64,000 nucleotides of DNA, taken from Proteromonas lacertae. Its lineage: Eukaryota. Every line of letters begins with the position of its first letter. Position 1 is the first letter of the stretch. The DNA lies in contig NGBS01000013.1 in assembly GCA_002245135.1 (NCBI GenBank), forward strand, positions 1-64,000, read 5' to 3'. Made by a program: the position numbers and the translations under genes. The notes under the pieces are model-generated. The model saw only the letters and a list, made by a program, of their open reading frames with translations, was not told the DNA's origin and made no database searches. Shown here in pieces: positions 42,137 through 53,113 of the stretch.

Positions 42137-45058
42137 ATGGGTATTTGTACTTCTGATTTGAATAAAGTAGGGGCTGTCTATGATGATGTAGCCACTATTC
42201 CAGTAGTACCTAAAGAAACTACTGATAAGACAGTAGCTGCTCCGCCACCTGAAGTGAAGGAAGAAGAGAAGAAAGAAGTGGCAATAACAGACTCACAAAA
42301 ATTACTGGAGACTCAAAAGAAGGATAAGCATCAAATACCATTAAGAAAGAGACAGGTATATTCATTAATTATACTCATTTTAGTATGCCGTTATTGATGG
42401 TGCTAATCAAGCAGTAGATGAACATGAAGTGTATCATGTAGTGCCTAAGAGTGATGATATCATCCAGCTAATACGAAAATCAATGAATTCCCACCCAATA
42501 TTTAATAACATGGACGAAATCCAAATAACAAGAGTCATAGATGCAATGATCAAAATAGAAGTACCAAAAGGCTCTATATGTAGTCAACAAGGTAAAGTTG
42601 GTAGATCCTTCTATGCAATTGAAACAGGTCAATTTTCAATGAAAACAGTCCTTCCAGATCATACAGAATCCAAGAAAATGCTCGGACCAGGGGAATCTTT
42701 TGGTGAAATCTTCATTTTCGATACTCCAAGAATGAATACAGTTATAGCAGAAACAGGTGGTATCTTATGGACAATAGAAAGATCAACGTTTAGAAGAACA
42801 CTTGAAATCTATGAAAGAATGAAGATTAAAGAAAGAATCAAGTTTTTAAGAGAATTGTCTTTATTTTCCTATTTAACATCAGATGAAATGACAAGATTGG
42901 CAGAAGCATGTATTTATTTATACTACGAAGCTGGTGAAAAAATCATAAATAAAGGTGATAAGATAAATAATCAATCTGATTTCTATATTATCTGTCAAGG
43001 TGAAGTAGTCTGTACAGATCCAGACAATCCTGGTGAAGAATTAATTTTGGGGATAGGAAAATTTTTCGGGGAAAGAGCATTTTTAACAGATGAACCAAGA
43101 TCTAAAACAATTACTGCAAAAACTGATGTAACATTAATAGCTTTAGATAAAGAATCATTTATTAAATTATTAGGTCCGGTAGAACCCATTTTAAGCAGAT
43201 CTTTAGAATCATATGGAACAATCATATTAAAAGAAATTCCAATTCTATCATTCCTTACTCAAGAAGAAAGAGATGAAATATTCCAATTAAGGCATGAAGT
43301 TACCTATAAGAAAGGGACAGTAATTTATCATAAAAACAGTGATGTAACTAATTTCCATATAATCATGAAAGGAAATGTAGTAAGATCATATTTGTACAAA
43401 AAGGACAAAAAAATTGTGCTGTATATATATTTATTTATTTATTTATTTATATTATATATTTGAAATATAGTAAAAGAATGGCATCATCAGAATCTATAAC
43501 TTTATTAGATTCAAGATCATTAGGAATTGGTAAAAAGCAAACTGATGAAGAAAATAAAAACAATAATCAGCCTAAGACATTAGATGTAACACCATCAGCA
43601 ACAATAACAATAACCAACAATACAGAAATGAAACGAAATTCTTCCTCTGAAAATGTAAAAAATAAGAAAACAAACATCAATAATCCAATTTCTAGAATAA
43701 TGCATGAGAAAGAGAGAAAATTACAAAGTGATTTTGTAATGAATGAACATGAAATGAATAACAGTTTCGATTTAAAACCACGAAGACAATCTGAATGGAC
43801 TGAAGCTGAGAAGAAAGAATATGTTAATGAGGTGTTGTCAAAGGGAGATTATTTTGGTGGAACTGCATTGATGATGAATAAAGGAAAATCGCCTTACACT
43901 TACACTGCAGATACTGATGTTGAATGTATGACAATATCATCATTAGATTTTGAAAAAATCATTCAAAAACCCAATGCAAGAAGATATTTAAAAAGTTGTT
44001 TATTAGCTGATGATTTCAATAACAATAATAAAACAGTATTTGAAGAGAATAAGACCAATCAGAATAGAATTACCAGCGTCAGCGATTTCGATTTTATTCG
44101 TTATCTAGGTAAAGGATCCTTTGGTATGGTTGTTTTAGCTAAAAATAGAGTTACTAATCAACAATATGCATTGAAATGTATTAAAAGAGAAAGCTTATTT
44201 AAAGATAAAAAGGAATGTAAAGATGTAATTATTTCTGTTTTACAGGAGAAATTGATTCTTTCAACTTTACCTCAATCTCCATTTATTGAACAATTCTATG
44301 GCGCTTCTGTGGATGAGAAGTTTTTGTATTTTATTATTGAATATATTGATGGAGGAGAATTACATTCGCAAATGTATAATATTCATGGAGAACCATACAT
44401 TCTGAATGAAAATGTTGCTAAATTTTATTGTGCCAATATCGTCATCATGTTATCTGATTTACATAAAGAAAGAATAGCCTATAGAGACTTAAAACCAGAA
44501 AATTTAATAGTAGATGCAAAAACAGGATATTTAAAACTAATTGATTTTGGTTTTGCTAAACAAGTATTCCGTAAAACATGGACATTATGTGGAACACCGT
44601 ATTATTTAGCTCCTGAGATATTATGTTGTACTGGCCATGATACTGGAGCTGATTGGTGGACGTTAGGTATTGTCTGTTACGAAATGATGACTGGTGAAAC
44701 TGCATTTAGTGGAAAAGATCCATTAGAAACTTTTACACTGATATTGAAAGGTAATATTGATTTTACAGCTGGTTATTTCTCTAAAGCTCAAGAAGATTTA
44801 ATTAGAAAGTTATTATGTAGATCAAAGACATTGAGATTAGGCAATTTGAGTAATGGAGCTGAAGATGTAATGAAACATGAATGGTTTAAAGATATTAATT
44901 GGGAGGATATGAGAGAATTGAAAATAAAAGCACCACCTCCACAATCACCACCAACTTCAAAGAATGAGAATAAACATAGTGAATTATTCCAAAATTTAGG
45001 ATATGGTGATAGTCATTGGATTGATGGAACAATGTTACAAGGATTTACTCAGTTTTAA
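42137..45058 (+). CDS. cGMP-dependent protein kinase-like with probable N-acylation signal
   Basis: MGICTS N-terminus, cNMP domains (FGEIFIF, FGERAFL...PRS, FGGTAL) and kinase GKGSFG, YRDLKPEN, DFGFAK, TLCGTPYYLAPE. Confidence 0.85.
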
Positions 45059-45254
45059 TAAAAATAATAATTATTATTATTATATATAGTAACTTAAATA
45101 AAAAGAATCGTTGTATTTTTAAATAATTAGATATAAAGTAGATTATTTAAATATTTATTATTAAAAAGTATTATTTGTTTTAAAAGAAATTATTGTTTTT
45201 GTTTCTAATAATAAAAAAAAAAAAAAGAAAAGAAGTAAAAAAATAATATTATTT

Positions 45255-47220
45255 TTAATCTAAATCAACAATATCATCAACTTTTATCTTCTTAATATCT
45301 TCTTTTCTTCTTTTCTCATTCTCATCAACATTATCATTTCTTTTTCTCTTCACTAATTCATAACAATCCAAACCATCATCATTATCTTTATTCTCTTCTT
45401 CTTCTTCATTATTTGGTGGTTCAATTAATTCTCTAATTTCACCTTCAAATATATATCCTTCTTCATATTTATCACAATCAATAGAATCTAAATCTTGATG
45501 ATAAATAAAGATTGTACATCTTTTATAACTGTCATTATCATAGATACAGATAATGGATTTATCATTTATTCCACCTCCTGGTAAGCTACAAAGTTTTGTT
45601 TTCATATTATAATCTTCTTTATCATTGTCATCATAAATACAATTATTACCAATAAAGATGTTGGGAGATTCTATTTTCAATTCATTCTATATAAATATAT
45701 ATAATAGATAATAAATATAAAAATATAGAATATTATATATATATATACTTTTATTAAATTCAAGAATCCTGTAAGATGTGCCTGCTTCGTATCCATTTTT
45801 AACACAGCATAATTCATATTACAAACTGTACAATGAACATTTGGTAATTGTAATTTTGTTGGCAAAATAATATTTCCTTTTCTAGTTGGTAATTTTCTAA
45901 TATAAGTATAATGACAATTATTAATAATATTATTATTTTTAAATATATTAATAATTTCTGAGATTTCTATTGCACTTGCCATTGCATTCGTTGTACTAAT
46001 AGCAGAGATGATATTTCCAGCAATTTCCTGTGTTTTAAAGAGTGTTTCAAAGGGAATATGGAAGATATAAGCTCGTATATTGCAAGCTGCTGTAATAAAT
46101 TCTACATCTATATTTCTATCTTTATCAAATACCATTGTGCCAATTAACTAGATAAAACATTAAATAATAATAAATATATATACATTTGAATATTGTTTTT
46201 TTATTTTTATATAAGATGAAATGAATAATTTTAAATAATCATTCAATTCTAAAACCTTGTATTTATTAACTTTATAATTATTAATTTCATCTATACTTAT
46301 CTAATAAATAATAAAAATTAATAGATACGTTGAATTTATCTAAATCCTTCAATACTATTGGTTGTTGTAATAATCCTTTATACAATTCCATTGATATTTT
46401 TTTTCTATTTCTTTACAGAATAAAGAGTTCATTAATCTCTTTATATATTCTATTAATGCATAATCATTCTTTAAATCATTTTCACTCGGTTCAACATCTT
46501 TCATAAACACTGATTCGTCATAATTTTCCTCAAATAACATCGAATTTGTTTTATTACCGAATAATAACGATAACAATTCTTTTGCCCATACAATACAATG
46601 CACAATTTTTTCTGGAGTACTTCTGATTGTACAAATTGGATAATTTTTGGGAATAGGCTTTGGTTGACAACTATAACACTCAGTTTCTTCTCCTTTAATG
46701 ACACTTACTTGGCCAAAGTAACCTGTTGTTCCACTTTCTATTAATGGTCTGTTTGTTGCAATACACATCATATTTACGTGTGCTCTTGCTTCTACATTGT
46801 CTAATGCATTGATTACAAGGTCAAATTGCTTATAGAAGTAATAGTCGAATTCTGGACTCTTGACATTACCATGGTGAGCTTTAATTTTGCATAATGGATT
46901 GAATTTTGAAACCTATGACGCAAATTATTCTAAAATGTATACAACTGCACAAGCTACTTCTGCTTTAGATTGACCTACATTTTCTTTTCTAAATAAGAAT
47001 TGTCGATTTAGATTAGAAACATCTATGGTATCTAAATCGATTACATCAATATCTATATGCAATATAAAAGCAAAATACTCTCTACTCCAATCATAACAAG
47101 GTTTTTCAACAATTCACAACCAATTCCGCCAGCTCCTATAACCAAAATTTTAGATTTATTTATTTTGTTAAACAATTCTTCTCCTAAAATAGGAATTAAG
47201 TAAGAATATCGCTTATTCAT
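45255..47220 (-). CDS. UBA2: SUMO-activating enzyme subunit 2
   Basis: [63 protein letters not shown] and [14 protein letters not shown]. Confidence 0.9.
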
Positions 47221-47285
47221 TGAGAAAAATGATAATTAATAAAATCCTTATTTTATAAGCTCAATTTAAAGTTTGAATTTCGAGT

Positions 47286-47367
47286 GTCAGGCTGTCCGAG
47301 TGGTTAAGGAGTCAGACTTGAAATCTGATGGGCTCTGCCCGCGTAGGTTCGAATCCTGCGTCTGACG
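47286..47367 (+). tRNA. tRNA-Ser(TGA)
   Basis: Acceptor GTCAGGC/GTCTGAC, anticodon arm TCAGA-CTTGAAA-TCTGA, long variable arm, TTCGAAT loop and downstream T-run. Confidence 0.95.
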
Positions 47368-47512
47368 AATACTTTTATTTTTTATTTGTATGTTTTTTTT
47401 TTTTTAAATATACAATTCTCTAACAAAACATTTGGTATAAGGAGAATGATTATAATATAGCAATAGATTTAAATAATTTCTACTAGTTACAATATACTAT
47501 ACAATTATTAAA

Positions 47513-48701
47513 TTATTGAAAATATCTATTAACTTCCTCAGCAGAGGGACGATCCAACGGATTAGGAGAAATCATGCTTCTGATTAAGTTAAGCAAATCA
47601 GGATCTATTTCCCTTTTATCATCCAATAATAAACCTTGACGTAGGTGCCGCCAATCATCTCCTGCACTGGGTAGTTCTTCACCTATACATAGTTCATATA
47701 TCGATAAGCCTAAACTGAATATATCAGAAGAACATAAATTATTCTTTTCTTCATTCATCACTTCCAATGAACAGTAGCGACTATCACCTTCGCTATAGTT
47801 TATACTTCCATCACTTTTACTCATCAAACCAAAATCACATATCTTAAATAACCACTTTTCACCTTCTGCATTTCCCATTTTACTTATCAGTATATTATCT
47901 GGCTTTATATCTAAATGAACATACCCATTAGTATGTAATGTTGCTAAAGCATCACTCATTTGGTATAATATCTGCAATATTACTTTCTCTGGAATATTCC
48001 TGTTATATTTTTCATATAATGTTGTATTTACTTGTCCATATTCGCATGCTTCATATTGCATATATAATGTTGATTCTTCTTGCCAACAACTGTAATATTT
48101 GACGATATGAATGTTAAAAATACTGTTAAAAGCCAAAGAAGAGGATGCAAATACGTCATGGAGTGCTATCTTCTGCTCTGATTTTGATTGGATTGGATGT
48201 TTAATCTTTTTAATAGCATATTTACAACCATCTAATCTTTTTGTACAGAGATAAACGACAGAGAATTGGCCTTTGCCAAGTAATGACAACTGCTCAAAGT
48301 CGTTTATATAACGTAAATTTGAGTCTTTACCTGTTGAGTCATTACTTTTTTCGTTTTCACTTTCACCAACGAACGGATTTGAAAGCGTTGCAAATGAATC
48401 ATATGCTATTTTCTTCCGATATGGTTCTATACAAATGTATAATTTAAGCAATATACCTGATATATCACTTGCAGAAGAATAATCCAGTATAGAACTATTG
48501 CTATGAGGAGATGGTGTGCTAAAATCTAAATCCATGGTTCTGCTTATTCTCTAAAAGCTATAAAATGAAAAATACGGGTGGAGTCAAAGAGATTTCTTCA
48601 AAGTGTCTTGAAGGTGTTATAGGTGAGGCACTAAAATCAGAAAAATATTCGTCATCCTCCTGAGGATCAATGTGAGGCATATTTAACTTTCTTTTGGACA
48701 T
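47513..48701 (-). CDS. WEE1: Wee1-family kinase, copy 1
   Basis: LGKGQFSVV, KRLDGCKYAIKK, HLDIKPDNI, ICDFGL, EGDSRYCSLE and WRHLRQG. Confidence 0.85.
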
Positions 48702-48887
48702 TCAAATCTATTGTCCTTTCAAATTTAAATTTTAAAACGAACTACTTAAATTTAATTTCTCATTTCTTAAAAGCACTCGGTTTATTTTCAACCAAAAACA
48801 AAATCCATTTATGTTTAGATATATTAGAGTAATATATATAACCTTACTTTTACATTATATGTTACAAATCTTAAAAACTAAGAATAA

Positions 48888-50235
48888 TTACAAATAGAAC
48901 AGAGGATTATTCATCACATCATTTACAGATGGACGATCCATCGCATTAGGAGCGATCATTTTCTATCAATATTACAAAATAATTCAAATACCTTCAATAA
49001 TATCTGTAAATGAGGACTCACCTTTAATTTACGTGTAAAATTACCTTCTCTCAATTGTTGCCATTCATCTCCTGCACTGGGTAGTTCTTCACCTATACAT
49101 AGTTCATATATCGATAAGCCTAAACTGAATATATCAGAAGAACATAAATTATTCTTTTCTTCATTCATCACTTCCAATGAACAGTAGCGACTATCACCTT
49201 CGCTATAGTTTATACTTCCATCACTTTTACTCATCAAACCAAAATCACATATCTTAAATAACCACTTTTCACCTTCTGCATTTCCCATTTTACTTATCAG
49301 TATATTATCTGGCTTTATATCTAAATGAACATACCCATTAGTATGTAATGTTGCTAAAGCATCACTCATTTGGTATAATATCTGCAATATTACTTTCTCT
49401 GGAATATTCCTGTTATATTTTTCATATAATGTTGTATTTACTTGTCCATATTCGCATGCTTCATATTGCATATATAATGTTGATTCTTCTTGCCAACAAC
49501 TGTAATATTTGACGATATGAATGTTGAATATATTATTGTATGCTAACGAAGAAGAGGCAAATACATCATGCAAAAAATAAATCCTATTTCAATTTATATA
49601 TATTTTTAATACTTATCTTTTTCACATGTAATTTCACTTATTATTTTCTTTATTGCATATTTACAACCATCTAAACGTTTAGTACAGAGATAAACAACTG
49701 AAAATTGACCTGAACCAAGTGTCTATGAATAATAATTTAATAATATATAATACTCTTATTTCTTGAAAATCATTAATATATCTTGATAATGATTTTGAAT
49801 AAGTCGGTTCAGTAGAATGAGTACTGGGAGGTGCATCTGTATTAATAAAAGGATTATAATATGATATTAAGGATTGAAAAGCTACTCGTTTTCTTTCAGG
49901 CCCTACAAAATGAATTAATATAATTACATACCTAAAACATCTAAACCAATTAACCCATTAACTATAATAATTATTTAATATTTTATATAATACCTCCACT
50001 TATATTATTGTTGTAAACAGAAAATTTACTTGGAGATGGGGTAGGAGGAGGAGCATGATCGACAGGAACTCCTTGATCCTATTAATATATATAAAGAAAG
50101 TGTTACTTTAGGAGTTTCACAAATGCTGTCACATGGACTGAAGGGACTTGATGGTAAATAACATTGGTGAGGAGAACTTTCTGATAATATGTTATTATTA
50201 TTATCTTCTATTTGTAGGAATTGTTTAAGAGACAT
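48888..50235 (-). CDS. WEE1: Wee1-family kinase, copy 2 (more introns)
   Basis: Same kinase core, LGSGQFSVV across introns, and an Ser/Pro-rich N-terminus. Confidence 0.82.
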
Positions 50236-50390
50236 AGAAATTTAAAAAACAAATTCTAGAATTTTACCGTTTCAAAGAATCACACTATTGTCTATTCGTT
50301 AATTAGCATATTTTATTCTTCTAATTTATTATATGTGTTAGATACTCATAAATAGAAATTTAATTAAACAGAAAAATATAGAAAATATTT

Positions 50391-51981
50391 TCATTCTTTA
50401 CTATCATCAACCAATTTCTCTTCTTCACTCTCATCTTCGGCACTGCTACTTTCACTATCATCCTCTTTTTCATCATCCCCTTTCTTATCATTGAAATCAC
50501 TATCTTCTTCATCATCCTCTTCTTCCATACCATTATCATCATCATCACCTGAATCAGCTTGCAATTCCTCATCAGTTGATTTCGTTACTTTCAATCCTTT
50601 TTCAATCAGAAAATCATTTACTTTTTTATATTCCTTTCTAGCGATACCAGCAAATAAAAATATTTTTGGTTGCAATGTACCAACTTCTCTTGCTGTGATT
50701 TGAATATCAAAAGTCTGTGGACCACCTCGATTAGAATAACGTTGATATTGAACACTAGAAACATCATCAAATCTAATAAAAATAGGAGGTTTATGAATAA
50801 AAATAAAACAAGTTTCAAATAGGTAAAGTAATCCTCCATTAGAGCCATACGCACATCTAATGCATGAAGCTCCTTCTGAGTTCTTAAATGCACCTGGAAC
50901 ATATACTTTCTTACTAGTAATATGTTTAGTTAATTTACCAACTATAGTATGAACTTCGCCTGTCATATTGTGGCTCAATTTGGGGTATTTGGTTGACAAC
51001 TCCTCATCACTTAAATTCAAAACGATTACTCTGTTTTCACGTGTAAATTGCATGACTAAATTATTATACTGTTGATTTCCTTGTCTAATGGGAACTAACA
51101 GACTAATAACATAAGAAACATGTCGACCATCATCTTCAGGTAAGAGATAGAAACTATGAATATTTTTATACATGATTTTGTAATCATATGTTTTGCCATG
51201 CATTCTAAGATAGTGTTCATACATTTCTACATCATATCTACCACGAGGAGTCATGAAGTAACAGAACGATTCATCTAATGAAACAATTGCATTTCCTGTT
51301 TCACGAGTTATTCCAGCTTTTTCTAAGATCATTTGGTGGATTTTGTATGCTGGACAGGAGGTTAAATCTCTCTCTTCACCTGGTGGAATATGGAATACCA
51401 TTGATACCACATTTTCAGTTTTTCTATCACTTGTATCATCTTCTGCAAATTGTAATTCTAATTCATATTTACTTGGTAATGCTGCTTGTGTAATATCACT
51501 TAATGGAACGTCGAATAATAACTGGTCACTATTCTTAAATACTAAGGTATTTTCACCATTTGGACCTGTTACATCAATATCACCCCAATTACAACCTGTC
51601 GAACACAATATCTCTTCTCCAAAGGCAACGTTCTTATCTGAAAGGTATTTCTTTATAACATCAACACTCTATTATATGAAATAAATTAAAATATATTTTC
51701 TTACATGAAATCCATCAAATCGAATATCTCCTTGATCTTTTAATGAAAATCGCACTTGAAATAAATCACCTATTCTATTCCACACAGCTTCAGTAATATC
51801 TGGTACATTGATCTATGTTCATTATTAGACTCATAATTATATACTTTTATATTGCTATTAGCTGATAACCACACAATAGCATCTTGATCTATCTTTAATT
51901 GACCTGGTATCTATGACATATTATAGTACTTTATACTCTTGATTGACCAGTTAAGTAAATCTTCTCATAGGATTGATTCAT
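50391..51981 (-). CDS. SSRP1: FACT complex subunit SSRP1/Pob3
   Basis: GCNWG, TPRGRYDVEMY, RMHGKTYDYKI, PIRQGNQQY, FIFIHKPP and an acidic tail. Confidence 0.92.
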
Positions 51982-52046
51982 TAGTAAAATGGAGGGAAAT
52001 GAATTATAGTTTGGTATAAGAATGTTAATTTAAAACAAAACAACAG

Positions 52047-52120
52047 GTCGTGATGGTGTAGTTGGTTATCACGTATCCTTAACACGGATAAGGTCTCGGG
52101 TTCAAACCCCGATCGCGATA
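52047..52120 (+). tRNA. tRNA-Val(AAC)
   Basis: Acceptor GTCGTGA/TCGCGAT, anticodon arm TATCC-TTAACAC-GGATA, T arm TCGGG-TTCAAAC-CCCGA and downstream T-run. Confidence 0.93.
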
Positions 52121-52982
52121 CTTTTTTTTTCTTTTTTCTCTGCTTTTTATAATTCTATAAATTTAGTTCAAATAATAATTTTAAATATTTAAGTAATATA
52201 ATTTTGTTTAAATTTATTATGTGACATTTTTGCTATGAATTTTATGAATAATAGTCTATACAATCTATATGTCAGTGAAAATATTGTAAAATGTTTAGCA
52301 TCAACGTTTATTTTGCTTGTGTACATCATTTAAATAATATTAAGTGAATTATGAGAAATAAATAAAAATAGAAACGAATATAATTATTTATTTTTATGTA
52401 ATTATTTCTGATTTATCAACAACATTTACAGCTAATTATGTATGAAAAAAGTGTTGCTGAAGCATTCATCAAATACAACATACCAACCTCACCTATTCAA
52501 AGTCAAACACAAATATTTACATATACACCAATTTCACCAATTCAAAGAGTAAATAAAGCAAACTGCAAAAAAACTAATCTACCTCACCAATCAATAAACT
52601 AAATCTAAATATACACTAAATACCCTAAATATACACTCGCCTGCAGCACAAATGTTGAATAGATTGTAAAATTGTATAAATTTGGCTTGGTATAATAAGT
52701 ATCTTGAACAATTGAAAATTTATTAGAGTATAATCCTAACAGTATATTATAATATTGTTGTAAATATCGTTCTCTACCAGGTTCTGCTTTGATGATATCA
52801 ATAACATAATCAGCTAATTCGTTTACTAAAATTTTAGCTATGAATATTGACAGAACATCATCTAACCAAAGAATTATTTTATGATGAGAATCTCTAAAGT
52901 ACATATAAAAAAAATATATATTTATATAATAAGCTTATTAATCAATCTATTATCCCAATATCTCAAGAAAAACAATATCAAA
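52084..52982 (+). repeat. ~0.9 kb direct repeat, copy 1 (tRNA-Val 3' half + downstream sequence)
   Basis: Matches 59263-~60152 with scattered substitutions and a small indel. Confidence 0.92.
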
Positions 52983-53113
52983 CCAAACCCCATAATTCCA
53001 ATTTAATATCATATAGTCAATATTTCATTTATATTATAATAGTTCCTTATGATACTAACAATGGCAATACAATTTACTTATATGTAGATCATAATATCAA
53101 CCCATTTCAATGT

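Noticed and set aside
52605..52904. Minus-strand ORF MYFRDSHHK..., repeated at 59794-60072
   Set aside because: It is antisense to a decayed USP-like segment, and its duplication is explained by the 0.9 kb repeat. There is no independent coding evidence.
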